From: Octopus bimaculoides
Lineage: Eukaryota
DNA: 48,067 bases
Direction of reading: 5' to 3'
Assembly: GCF_001194135.2 (NCBI RefSeq)
Contig: NC_068982.1
Location: 18,286,081 to 18,334,147 of the forward strand
Both the position numbers and the translations under genes were made by a program. Shown here one piece after another: positions 34,902 through 47,900 of the stretch. The first letter of the stretch is position 1; each line of letters opens with the position of its first letter. The notes under the pieces are model-generated. The model saw only the letters and a list, made by a program, of their open reading frames with translations. It made no database searches and was not told the DNA's origin.

Positions 34902-37278
34902 CAGTGTGTGTGTTTATATGTGTTTGTGTGTGTGTGCGTGTGTGGAGACGCACACATAGGCATATATTTATATCTAAACCAATAAGTTTTCTGTTGTCAG
35001 TACTCTACGCTAGGAGTGAATTACTGCATCATTTTCTATTCTATAATCTTTATATTGCTCCTGTCTTTCTCCTTTCTATTCTGCATATATGTACGCATAT
35101 ATCTTTCTCTTCTCTTCTCGCTGTATTTCCAACGCCGTTCTATTTTTTTCTGTTTATTACATTTAATACATAATTCAACCATCATATGTATTTATATAAT
35201 CTCCATCTTATTCAAACAACCGAATATTTATGTTATGAGTTCCATATTTCATCAAATTTTTTTTTTTATATATATATATTTTCAAATTAGCAATAACCAG
35301 GAAACGTTGTTTCGAATAACAAGTAAGGCATATTCGGTGTGAAATGTAGTACGGAGTATCGAGTACTTTCACGATTGTTATCATAATTAGATCAGTGTAT
35401 ACAGTAATTTCTATATTGGTTTGCATTATGAAGGGTAGAAACACAATGCATTTTACTGCGCGTGCGGGCTCACACATGTATTGACGCAAACACAGTTCCA
35501 CACAGAAACATTTATGTATATATTAGATTTTATAATCATATACACAAATGTAGCTACAAATGTTTTTTTATACTCTATACCTATCTAATGAAAATAGTGT
35601 AATTTCATTTCGCAAATGACAAACCGCAAACACCTGCAACCTCATAAGTCTGTTTCTGCGGCTCTACCTTGCATTTAAGTACTTATTAATTTCTGATTAT
35701 AATTCGAATAATCTCATATAACTCCTTATATCATGTGCCAGTAGCACTGCGATTACTAATATCTTCCACAATATACGCATACTATAAATATACTTACACA
35801 CACACACACACACACAAAACATAAACACACGCACACAAAACGGGAACAAAGACTCATGAAAAAAACACACGCATACACACCTGTTTCTAACTAATATCAT
35901 TTATAATATATGTAACTATGTAATGATCATTTTCGTCATGTATATGTGTATGTTTGAGCACGTTTTTGTGTGCGATGTTCTTGACTTAGTTTCAGTGAGG
36001 AAAGTGTCATTTTGTAGAGAATTCTATAGCCTGGCCTCGAAAGAACTAGAAAACGCTGTGCGGACGTTCATCTTAACATTCATTCTTTAGCAAACATTCA
36101 TATATTCGTAAGGCGACAAATAAGTCTTTCAATTTCCTTGTGAAAAATCATCTATATACAGAGATTTTTGTTCAATGTTTCCCAACTTTTAAACATGTAA
36201 TTGCTAAATCCAGTAATGGTCTGATGCCATGTTTATCGATCTGGTGTACACACAATACATATAGAAGGCATTATGCAAGCAAATGCCACAAGAGGGCAAA
36301 ATTGATTGCGTATTTTTAACGCTAATAACATTAAAATTTTATGACTACTTGGACACTATAAATGTATTCGACAAATTATATGCTCACCTGTCCTGCTTGA
36401 TTCGCTATATTAGCAAAATAGTTTTACATGCGTTATTTTGTACTATAGTTGCCCGTTGTGTGCAACACACTATTTCGTCTCAACTAAAATGGGAAGAAAC
36501 ATTCATGGTGTTCATTCTGAATGTCATGTTAACCTACAGCATTTATCAACTGAAAAAAATATCATCCCATCTGTTCCCACATTCAAAATCAAGTAATACA
36601 TATTTGCTTATTGTTGTCAATGAATATTCCGTCGATGAATATTACATACAAAGAATACTAATTATTTGGAGAAGAATTACCCCTCAGAAATAGTAAAACT
36701 AAATATTGCACTAATATTTACCGTGTAAATTCTAGCACTTTTTATGAAGGGGAATACTTAAATATTTTTTCTGTGAATGTGCAAGCATTTTGGGGCTGAT
36801 TCCTTATTGCTATTTATAACTGCAATTTAGACTTGAACATATGCAATATTCCGTATACGCATAAATTGCATATATTACTTCCGATTACGTAAGGCCTTGC
36901 TCCGTCTATATTTTCCCATTCTGTATCAGAGTTAATATTTCTATCATTCAGATATCAAATAAACCCAATGAAGGCTGTGCTACGGATTTTCTCTATATCC
37001 TTGAATGAAGCTAGGGTGATTAGCTACAGGCCTTCAGTCAGGTTGATCATGTTCCAATATAAACTGTGAAATGTTTTCAGTCTAAATCACAAGTCAGTAC
37101 GCTATATTTTCCCTCTAACATTGTACATTTTATTGTTCCCCTTGTTCATTGAATTGTCCTGGATATACAATCAGTAATCTATTTATAATTCAAAGAAGCG
37201 AACCAAAGATTTACCTAAATATTGAAATACATTGGGATTGCTTTACCTGGAATTGTCCTAAGTTTTTCTTTATACATA

Positions 37279-37281
<3 letters not shown>

Positions 37282-37327
<46 letters not shown>

Positions 37328-37345
37328 CACACACACAAACACACA
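37282..37345. repeat. (CA)n microsatellite
   Basis: Direct reading. Confidence 0.9.
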
Positions 37346-37354
37346 AACATATAT

Positions 37355-37613
37355 ACTCTTTACTTGTTTCAGTCATTTGACTGTGGCCATGCTGGAGCAC
37401 CACGTTTATTCGAGCAAATCGACCCCAGGACTTATTCTTTGTAAGCCTAGTACTTATTCTATCGGTCTCGTTTGCTGAACCGTTAAACTACGGGAACATA
37501 AACACACCAGTATCGATTGTCAAGCGATGTTGGGGGGACAAACATATACAGACACATAGATATACATACATATATATATATACATATATATGACGGGCTT
37601 CTCTCAGTTTCCG
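37355..37613 (-). mobile_element. SINE family B, 3' two-thirds
   Basis: ttacttgtttcagtcatttgactgtggccatgctggagcacc...gaccccaggacttattctttgtaagcctagtacttattctatcggt...gacgggcttctctcagtttccg. Confidence 0.85.
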
Positions 37614-37711
37614 ATGTCTCGGTGGAATTTGAACTCAAAACCTATATACCGACGAAATGCTGCTAAGCATTTTGTCTGGCGTGTTAACGATTCTGCCAGT
37701 TCACCGTCTTA
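37614..37711 (-). mobile_element. SINE family A head
   Basis: ctcggtggaatttgaactcaaaac...ctaagcattttgtctggcgtgttaacgattctgccagttcaccgtc. Confidence 0.8.
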
Positions 37712-37740
37712 AATGCAGGTGCAATAATGATTTTTATTAT

Positions 37741-38290
37741 TATGAGGGTCGGCTAAAGCGTTCATAAGTTGAGCAAGACACTTCCATGGAATGGGACCAA
37801 ATGAAGTTCATTTTTTAACATTGTTCCTCTTACTGTCCACACACTTCAATCAGTGTTGCCGTGCTTGGATCTCGTTGGTGAAGAAGCTATTCTGTTAGTC
37901 AAAAGAATCATCAACATCAGTTAAGACGCCATCATTACTGCGATACTAGTGCCCGGGCAAGTGTTTTTTTCATGTTGGAACAGAGATAATAATCACATGT
38001 TACCAAATCACTAAGTTATGGAAGGGGGATGAAACAGTTCAATGCCAATCACGCACAACAGCCATTTATACCAAGGACTTGTGTACTGAAGTATTTTCCT
38101 AATCAAACAAGACATCCTTCACCAGTTTTTGAGGGCGTCTGATCTTGATAACATTTCCTAACTGCCTTAGCATGTTGGCATATAACTCTCCATTGATAGT
38201 GTGATCATTTTGAAGATAGTCAATAAACACGATGCTTTTTGCATTCCAAAAATAAAACATCAATGAAGGAAAATATGTCACTAAATACTT
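37741..38290 (-). mobile_element. Mariner element, 3' half with right TIR
   Basis: Minus: FWNAKSIVFIDYLQNDHTINGELYANMLRQLGNVIKIRRPQKLVKDVLFD*EN..VHKSLV.MAVVRD; TIR-like tatgagggtcggctaaagcgttcataag at 37741. Confidence 0.85.
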
Positions 38291-38329
38291 CTAATAAAAA
38301 ATAAGAAATCTAGTACTTGTAAATTATGT

Positions 38330-39370
38330 AACAATCTAAAACAAAATTTATTGTGGCCTCACCCAATGCTTCAAGATTTTCAATGATGTCTTCAAAAAGG
38401 CTGACTATGAAATAACAATTCTATTTTATAGTAAGAACAAGACGTGAGGAGTAATTCTATCTAATTCCTGTAGCTTTGGGAATCTATTTTATCTGAGGCA
38501 TTAGCACTTTTAGCTGATTTCGTGAAAAAATGTACCCCATCCATTTATTGTAGAAAATAGATACCTTCCATTCTTTTATAAGCATAGCATGCTTGCGAAG
38601 AAATTTAACGTAGGGTATGAGCATAACAAGGAAGAAAGATGGCACATTTATATTTCTCTACCACTTGTGACTGCAACTCATTTAATTGTCTTACCATTGT
38701 AGCTAGCAGCACCATCATAGGATTGTACAATTAATTTGTTTCCAAACTTTCACGTTTCAATGCATCTGAAAGCATGTTCAGAGAAATCATTTACAGAAAG
38801 ATCTGTACTACATCATTAAAACTGATAAATCATTGTTTAATTACACAGTCTTTAGTAACATAATATAAAACAGTTGACAGTTGAGAATTGTTCGATACAT
38901 CGATTGTTTCATCTACACGAATAGCAACAAATTTAGTTTGCTTCAGTTTGTTTTCAATTTCATCCAACATAACCTTTTAAACTGCTTCAATCAAGTCCTT
39001 TTGAATTCTGTTTGAGAGACCTGACAAAACAGAAACTGTAGCAAGTTAGCTTGTAGATTTTCCGTCATATTTACTGATTACATATAAGGTTTCTTTATAA
39101 TTTCCACGATTATTGGATTTTTTTGGATTGAAAATGACCTAAAATGATAATTCTTGGCGACCGAGAAAAATAACTGCATCGATCTAACACTGCAGAATGG
39201 ATCTGTTTTGTCTAACCTCTTATTTAGTTTAGTACTTCCAGTCGACCATTATTTCCTTTCATATTGTCGAATATATTTCTTGTTGAAACTTCGCAAATCA
39301 GATAATTTCGGCGTTGGTCTGCCATAATTTATAATTAATTGCTTCCTTTCAAAGTCTCTTTTTCCAAAAA
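38330..39370 (-). pseudogene. Decayed hAT transposase (ZMYM1-like group)
   Basis: Minus, colinear: GRPTPKL / IDAVIFLGRQELSF / NNRGNYKETLYVISKYD / LSNRIQKDLIEAV / FVAIRVDETIDVSNNSQLSTVLYYV / KLIVQSYDGAA / PCYAH, including two catalytic Asp and the CxxH motif. Confidence 0.88.
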
Positions 39371-39884
39371 ATATTTTACCAAAGTTCTTCTATAACGCAT
39401 ATTTCAGTCATTTGGACAAATATTTCGAAAGTTCAAAAGATTTATGCGAAAGAATTATGCGAACGTGTGTGTGTGTCTGTGTGCGTGCGTGAATTGAAAG
39501 CTTATTTAGATAAAACGGACAATAATCTTAATAAGTCAACGAAGCAACGAAAGATCCTGGTGAATAGGTAGAAATTCCAACTTACATGGGACAGATAATC
39601 CCCTAAAAATCCAGCAATATAACAATGTGCATTAGATATCAAAGAGAAAATAAATATTTTTGTTCCGTTGAATGGAAGAACCCATCTGATTGACAAAGAA
39701 TTTTGAAAGGGTGTTTAATTTTAGACTAAGGTCAAACAGTCAAATCCATTCAAACATGTGGTTAGTCTTTAACGACACCAATACAAAGAACTGACAGAGA
39801 GGTATTTGAAAGTTATAAAGAAATCATGTTGTTGTTATTGTTTTCCTATACATTCGCTGTTTTCTTCCAAGGAATTTAATGTGC

Positions 39885-40100
39885 TTAGCTTAGATTTTCC
39901 TTTGGGGCTGGCCACATTCGAGTAATCTCGAGTATAACCAGCCGAAATTGCAGAGATAATCTGGAACTCGACTGAAGAAAGAAAACTCCGAATGACCCGT
40001 CCTTGTTTTCTTTGTATCGTCTGTCTGGATGTTTTGTTGTCCCTTTTTTGCATCACCTAACTGCCTGGAAGTTTTGCGTTCTTGTCCGAATTTGTATTAT
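39885..40100. repeat. Short structured interspersed repeat next to (TA)n and a gap
   Basis: Nested stems agattttc/gataatct, ggctgg/ccagcc, tcgag/ctcga. No second copy in the window; resembles a recalled Octopus repeat (not searched). Confidence 0.4.
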
Positions 40101-40141
40101 ATAGATATTCATGAATCACATACAATGTGTGTATATATATA

Positions 40142-40363
40142 NNNNNNNNNNNNNNNNNNNNNNNNNNNNNNNNNNNNNNNNNNNNNNNNNNNNNNNNNNN
40201 NNNNNNNNNNNNNNNNNNNNNNNNNNNNNNNNNNNNNNNNNNNNNNNNNNNNNNNNNNNNNNNNNNNNNNNNNNNNNNNNNNNNNNNNNNNNNNNNNNNN
40301 NNNNNNNNNNNNNNNNNNNNNNNNNNNNNNNNNNNNNNNNNNNNNNNNNNNNNNNNNNNNNNN
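40142..40363. other. Assembly gap
   Basis: N run flanked by (TA)n. Confidence 0.98.
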
Positions 40364-40397
<34 letters not shown>

Positions 40398-41976
40398 CGT
40401 GTTTGTGCCTCTGTGTCTGTATGTGTATAGTTATATAGACAGAAAAACAGGCAGAAGAGAGAAAGTCTTATGGAAACATAAAGAAAGGAATATTATGTCC
40501 GTTATAGATAAACTCAACAATGTAAATTCCGGCGCACATACATGTATTCATAGAAATATATACATACATACTTACCTACGAACATACATAGCTACACACA
40601 TGCTTATATACATTCTGCATAACTTGATATGTGTGTGTGTGTGTTTATGTGGCTGTGTGTGCGTGTGTGTGTGTGTGTGTATGTGTGTGCTTGTGCTTGT
40701 GTGTGTGTGTGTATCGTTCCTGCCTATCTATTTCGTGCTGTATTGATAACTATAGATAATCCTCACATGACAGGAAAATAGAGCCTTTTAAGTTCAAATG
40801 ACAGATCATTTCGATTCAACAGTGTTCCCTAAGTGACTGAACTTTGTGCAGTAAGGTTATCGAACTCTATTGTAATAGAAATATAGTTAAAGTTTGATAA
40901 ATTTTGTTTTGCTATCTTCAACCTGTCAAGCTATGTACTGTAATTCATCATGTTGACCCATATGAAAACGTGTCTGACTTCAGAGAAATTTCATTACAAT
41001 TTCTATAAACTAGCATTGGCACTTATAGATCAGTAATTTCTGTTTGTATGTGATATTTGCCGTTACATTTTATCAGCTGTACGTAAACTGTTGAGTTAGT
41101 AACGACCTACAATGGCGCATACATAAGATGCATTGTAATCCGTTTGCCATTTGGTTATTATTTCTATTTTCATAAAATTTTGAGATTCCCACATTGGTCT
41201 ATACATCTGTATAAGAACATAAAATTGCATAGTATAAAATAATAGAGAAAGTTGCGGTTACTTCTAAAATGCAAAACTACCCACACTGGATCAGACACAC
41301 ATTTGTATGCACAGGAGACATTTACGTGTGACTAAATAATCATTTCGTTAAATTTTCTATAAATTCGTATCAATGAAATCCAATCAGCGTTATTAAAAGT
41401 TACCTTAGAATAATGATGGACATTAAAATAAACCGATGCCATCAATCTGTATTCGTATCTCCTCCACAAAGATCTTTCTCTTTATATCTGTCTAACCCAG
41501 TATTTCAGCAAAACAGAAAGAAAATCAAATAAAGGTTAAGAAAGATTGATGGATGACGAAAAACAGTGAGTAGAAAGACTATTTTTAGATATATCATTTA
41601 CTGAAACTAGAACACTTTCAAATATTCTTTTGTATTGTTGTTGGTAATATTGCTTGATTTCTGTTTTCTGCCTGTTTCCATCTGTTCTCAGAACCAAATA
41701 AAATTATATTCAAATGTACTTTGATGGAGATTTGTCCCCTATTTCTCCAACTATGCCATAGAAATAATGTAGTATAATAATATATAGTGCTATGTAGGTG
41801 TTTGTTTGTGGGTTTCTGTGAAGGTGCTTATGAACATTTGGAGGTAAGCATGTACATGCACGTACGTACCTACGCATGTGTGTAAACATGAAAGAATAAA
41901 TAGAGTCAAAAGTAAGAGGGAGTAAGATTCAACAGCTGTTTAATGGTTACTACACATATTTCGATACAGCATAGAT

Positions 41977-41978
<2 letters not shown>

Positions 41979-42026
<48 letters not shown>
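41979..42026. repeat. (TA)n microsatellite
   Basis: Direct reading. Confidence 0.95.
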
Positions 42027-42030
<4 letters not shown>

Positions 42031-42509
42031 GACTTAAATTTATATTAAGTAATGGTTTACCTGTATAATAGGACCTAGTTATATCTCCTCCGTAAGTAGA
42101 TGTTTGATTTTTCGATGCTATCATATCCAACTGGCTCCTTTCAATCTAGAAGACACTGTCAGTTTGAATCCGCTCGGTGTGAGCGTGCCTCTACATGCTC
42201 GACATGAGGGGAATTGTGTACGTTGTCTGCTTACTTTGTTTCACATGTTAGGCTGTACATGCTAAATTCTATGTACGGTCATACTTATACAATGACACGC
42301 ATACACACATATATACCATTACTCCTCTGGGCATATCCATACACACATACAGACACACACAAACATATACACGCCCACGTACACACGAGGAATGCCTAAA
42401 CCTAGTATTGGTAGTATACCATAATACTGCCGTGTATCTGGTAATTCTAAGGGTGAACGAGCTCTATCTTGTACACTAATACCTTCTTACCGGAATAAAC
42501 CACAACTAC

Positions 42510-42610
42510 GCATGTATGTATGCATGTATGTATGTATGTATGTGTGTATGTATGTATGTACGTATGTATGTATGTACGTATGTATGTATGTATGTTTGTG
42601 TGTGTGTGAG
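42510..42610. repeat. Degenerate (TATG)n/(TG)n repeat
   Basis: Direct reading. Confidence 0.85.
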
Positions 42611-42879
42611 TGTTTTTTGTGCTTGTGTGTGTGACCAAAAAAATTCCAAAGAGGTTAATGTTGGTCTGTTTCCAACCTTTCCCTCTCGGTATGTTCACTG
42701 TACCCTTTCTGTCGATTTTACTGTTGGCATACATACACAGATACTCTGATATGCACACATACATACATACACACACACACAAACACACAGAGGGAGATAC
42801 ACAAACCCATGAGCACATAGGTGGGAGAGATTAGTGTGTGCCAACAACAGAATTTGATTATTAACTTATCATGTCGGGT

Positions 42880-42960
42880 AAAAATTTGAATTTAGAACGT
42901 AGAGTGGTAGAGTGGTGAAATAGATCCTGATGCGGCAAAGGCATTTTGTCCAATGTACTA
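42880..42960 (-). mobile_element. SINE family A fragment, decayed
   Basis: aatttgaatttagaacgtagag...gcattttgtccaatgtactaac. Confidence 0.5.
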
Positions 42961-44490
42961 ACAGCGTCAATGATATATTAATAATTCGGTAGTCTAATTC
43001 AATAACATTGTCGAAGAGTTACATATCATGTGGAAAAGTTCTCAGAAAAGAAATATTCCTGTTGTTTCTTCGCGACCGATGAATCTTTTAACACAACCAT
43101 TTTGTGAAGAAGAATATAGAATTTATGATAGCTCTTTGCTCATGCCTAGAGACAGAAGGCTATTTATTATTTATAACAGTTTATTTAGACTCGTTAATTT
43201 TACGTATATAGCATGTACAATGTATGATGATATAATTATGATGGTTGGTATGCAACGAAACATCATGTATTAACGTTTTATTTCAACTGAATTTATTAGA
43301 GGTTTTCAGAAAATCATTTAATTTCCTTATCTATTCTGCATCAGAGCGCCAATAATATCGAAGCTCTCAGCAACGGATGTCTTTTAATCAATCGCTTCAC
43401 CTGCTTCTCCATGCCTTTCATTAGGCCGTACAAGAGGGCATTCTATTATATATAAATTGAAATATGCACGTTGAGAATTGAAGTTCATTTGCTGCATGAT
43501 TTTTCGAATTAATTTCCTGTATTCTGTCAATGGTTTGTAGTAATGTTCCTATCGAATAATACTTCTGCTACATCAAATATTCATTTAATTTGCTTTTGGC
43601 AAATGATGGCATCAGAAAAATTACTGTAGAAGGAGCTTACATCGTTTACATCACATTCGAGCCATCCCTGTTTTTCTGACTAAAATTTTCAGCTCTGTTT
43701 TTATGTTTATTGCACATATACGAAAGAAAAAGCCTCTTCGACTCAAACATGTCTTCAAGAAAGATGTTTTGATATATTCGTTATAATAATCTCCTTATAA
43801 TTAACTTAAAATTTCGTCTTTTTGTTGTTCCTCCACTAAACAAATAACGACAGTACCAATAAAGATTTCTAAATTTGCGAGGTATTGTAATATGTTAGAG
43901 ACGAAATCAGACGAAAGTATCAACCACAGAGTGAAAAGTCAATGTGTTGGTGTTTCTCTTATCGCAATTAGATTATACCTCTTTATAACAAGAATATTTA
44001 ATCGGATAAAAACTTACTGCTTCTGTATAAAGACATAGCTTCATAATAAGTAAATCAAACTAATAATAATAATGAAGCTATTGTTGGTGTTGATTATAAT
44101 GATGATGAGGTAGAAGAAGATGAATAGAATGGGGATGAAGGGAGGAAGATGAAGGCAACGACGACGACGACGACGACAGCTGTAGTAATGTTGAGGATGA
44201 CGATACTGAAGATTTTGGAACAAGGTCGACAGTTTTCTGGACGTGGGTAAGTCGAACCCAGAACAGTATTGATGCTCAATTTTTTCCAGTGCGAAAGAAT
44301 TAAAGGCGAAATTGTTTTCATTGATATTCTCTTGCAGCAACTTGTATAATTTGTATACTTGTGAAAGTAACAATTACATATTCTCTATCAGGTTCTGCAC
44401 ACGAGCCTATCCAGAGATAAAACGGTTCGTTCGTCAACAAGCTGTGTGTTGAAATGGAGTGTTGAACAATCTACTGAGCGCCATATATAC

Positions 44491-44549
<59 letters not shown>

Positions 44550-44550
44550 T

Positions 44551-44959
44551 ACTTTTATTGTTTTCTTAGACTGTGGCCATGCTGTCGCACAATTTTTAGT
44601 CGAACAAATCGACCCTAGAACTTATTCTTTGTAAGCCTAGTACTTATTCTATCGGTAAACAAATTACATCAAATCAAATCAAACTTATTGGCAGGAGAAA
44701 AGCACAATGTGCTTAAGCCATAAAAATAAAAACAGTTATTGTTATATACAGTTTTATACATAGTCGCAACCGTTGTCCAGAGCCACTTGGAACAGGGGAG
44801 TGGTGGACAGTTGAGTGACTTCTTGTGGTAGTTTGTTCCACGGGGCTGCAATATGGACGGAGAATGCAGCCTTCCTCCTCTTCAGCCGAAAGTGCCGGGG
44901 ACACCAACATCGGTTGTCAAGCGATGGTGGGGGACAAACACAGGCACACAAATATATAT
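44551..44959 (-). mobile_element. SINE family B tail, interrupted by a LINE fragment (SINE parts about 44551-44660 and 44901-44959)
   Basis: gactgtggccatgctg...cttattctttgtaagcctagtacttattctatcggt | insert | acaccaacatcggttgtcaagcgatggtgggggacaaaca. Confidence 0.85.
44661..44900 (-). mobile_element. 5'-truncated CR1/L2-type LINE 3' end
   Basis: Minus: PRHFRLKRRKAAFSVHIAAPWNKLPQEVTQLSTTPLFQVALD...* (FS.R....WN.LP..VV...S...FK..LD motif), short 3' UTR and a (TTTGA)n tail. Confidence 0.85.
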
Positions 44960-45894
44960 NNNNNNNNNNNNNNNNNNNNNNNNNNNNNNNNNNNNNNNNN
45001 NNNNNNNNNNNNNNNNNNNNNNNNNNNNNNNNNNNNNNNNNNNNNNNNNNNNNNNNNNNNNNNNNNNNNNNNNNNNNNNNNNNNNNNNNNNNNNNNNNNN
45101 NNNNNNNNNNNNNNNNNNNNNNNNNNNNNNNNNNNNNNNNNNNNNNNNNNNNNNNNNNNNNNNNNNNNNNNNNNNNNNNNNNNNNNNNNNNNNNNNNNNN
45201 NNNNNNNNNNNNNNNNNNNNNNNNNNNNNNNNNNNNNNNNNNNNNNNNNNNNNNNNNNNNNNNNNNNNNNNNNNNNNNNNNNNNNNNNNNNNNNNNNNNN
45301 NNNNNNNNNNNNNNNNNNNNNNNNNNNNNNNNNNNNNNNNNNNNNNNNNNNNNNNNNNNNNNNNNNNNNNNNNNNNNNNNNNNNNNNNNNNNNNNNNNNN
45401 NNNNNNNNNNNNNNNNNNNNNNNNNNNNNNNNNNNNNNNNNNNNNNNNNNNNNNNNNNNNNNNNNNNNNNNNNNNNNNNNNNNNNNNNNNNNNNNNNNNN
45501 NNNNNNNNNNNNNNNNNNNNNNNNNNNNNNNNNNNNNNNNNNNNNNNNNNNNNNNNNNNNNNNNNNNNNNNNNNNNNNNNNNNNNNNNNNNNNNNNNNNN
45601 NNNNNNNNNNNNNNNNNNNNNNNNNNNNNNNNNNNNNNNNNNNNNNNNNNNNNNNNNNNNNNNNNNNNNNNNNNNNNNNNNNNNNNNNNNNNNNNNNNNN
45701 NNNNNNNNNNNNNNNNNNNNNNNNNNNNNNNNNNNNNNNNNNNNNNNNNNNNNNNNNNNNNNNNNNNNNNNNNNNNNNNNNNNNNNNNNNNNNNNNNNNN
45801 NNNNNNNNNNNNNNNNNNNNNNNNNNNNNNNNNNNNNNNNNNNNNNNNNNNNNNNNNNNNNNNNNNNNNNNNNNNNNNNNNNNNNNNNNNNNNN
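44960..45894. other. Assembly gap
   Basis: N run flanked by (TA)n. Confidence 0.98.
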
Positions 45895-47716
45895 ATATAT
45901 ATATATATATACACGAGGTACTAATTACAGTTTCCGTCTATCAAGAGCCATTGCAGATTTCCGATGCAGCGGATGTATAATTGTTAAAGAGAACAGCATA
46001 CATTAAGGCAAGGTAAACATCTCAAGTCGTATACAATTAATCCCCTAATATAAGCCCCCTACCTCTAACTCCCACTCTTTAATAATTTAACATTCAACTA
46101 TATCTTCCATTTCAGGCTTTGTGTCTAGAATAGAAAATAATTTAGATGTTTTCCATCCGTCCTTGTTAATTAACATTTTTCTCAACAGCAGCTTTAATTA
46201 TTACGCTTTCCAGCGACGTTGACTACTTTCCAATACAAAAGACAAAAATGTCGTCAATTTGTGCCCGAACAGAAGAAAATCTGTTTATAGTTGCACTACT
46301 TTCTACTTCTAAGAACAAAATCATATGCACTGTGAAATGTTTTTAACTATGTGATATATATTAAAGCACATGAATTGTAATGCTATTGATAATACGGTGT
46401 CTTTGAATTCTGTTCTCTTATGGTGCTTCTAGTAATACAAGCGATAGAGGAAATATCGATACTATACATGTTATAACTATGCCTCTCATACGAACATTAT
46501 CTGTATTTATAGTACATTTAAAAACCTCAAACAAGTAGAGCGAAAATAAATAGACCAATGGGTTGAAGAGCTTTATTATTCGAACAAACTATACAGCAGA
46601 CTAACAGCATATTTTTAAACTTAAATCATGCTGTGTAGTTACCTCGATTGATGTTCGGCATGCCAGGAAGAATTTTAGATACTTGTGAAAAGCATCTCAA
46701 TTTTACGTCGATTGTTAATTTCCTTTAAATCTTATTGCTTTACCATGCGACTCCAGTATGTATTTCAAAACGTTTGTTCACATTAAATTATTGATAACAT
46801 GTTACAATAGAAAAACGACTTAATATAATATAGCTTAAATCCAGCAGTCGCCATGTTTGTTTCTTGAGAATATCAAACAAAACGGAATACATAAGTGTAT
46901 GATATTCATTTGGAAATAAAACAATTAACTAAATAATTCCCTCCTTTACTTTAATTAAGATGAATGAAGAGGTCCTAATTAAAAAGTATTAATAATCTTC
47001 CATACAAACATTGACTCGCACAAAAACTGAAGTAATGCTGGAAGCAATATATAAATTAAGTTTCAAAATAAAATGGATGCAAGGCACAGCAGAAACAAAT
47101 AGAATATGAAAGATGTTAGCAAAATTTTAAAATATTTGAAACTTAAACATTAATGCGCGTTGCATAAAACATACATACAATGGACGACACACACATACAT
47201 ATAGATACGCAAACACAATGTACACACACTTTCTCTTTATTGGAAACATGACAAAAAGATATGACCAATGGTTTATTATTGGCATAATGGCAGAAACTGA
47301 TTACACAAAATCTACAATTAGAATATGAGAAGATATAAGATATGAAACGAGATGTTGACATCTTCACCTGAATAAAATAAAAGCAGGTTTAAATAGCAAT
47401 TACTGCCCAAGGTAACCACTTTGTGGAGCACGGACGAGCCATTTTATTACGGTTTACGTACGGTCACACATGAGTAATTCAATAAGAATTACTTATATCT
47501 GAATGTTTAATGGTGTGCACACACTGTACACACACACACTTGTGCAGAGTTCATATAATCTATCGATGTAATACAATCTTACTCGAGTAAATGTAAGATA
47601 AATCTCACATGCGCACATATAAACACCAGCATAATCCGCCCACACACACACAGACGTATACACAGACAAACACATACATATACACAACAAATAACAGTTA
47701 GAACGTTTAGATATAC

Positions 47717-47900
47717 AGGTGCAAGTATGAGTGATGGTAAGATGTTTGCTTCCCAGCCACGAGGTTCCGAGTGCAGTTCCACTATATGTGCACACTGGTC
47801 AAGTGATTTCTACTATAGTTTCGAGCCGACCCAAACCTTTTGAGGTGATTTGGTAGAGGGAAACAGTAAAGAGGCCCATCGAATATATATATATATATAT
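47717..47900 (+). mobile_element. SINE family B head ending in (TA)n
   Basis: aggtgcaagtatgagtgatggtaagatgtttgcttcccagccacgaggttccgagtgcagttcc...tctactatag...ggtagagggaaacagtaaagaggcccatcg. Confidence 0.8.

Noticed and set aside
43340-43700. GWLECDVND / GLMKGMEKQ as a Tigger/pogo C-terminal relic
   Set aside because: Two short motifs only.
9937-45894. Most gaps are flanked by (TA)n
   Set aside because: Expected short-read assembly failure at TA microsatellites, not biology.
9784-45980. All ORFs over 200 aa in the track (9784-11079, 27231-28262, 40111-40746, 44754-46006 and overlapping ones)
   Set aside because: They read through N gaps and microsatellites; artefacts.
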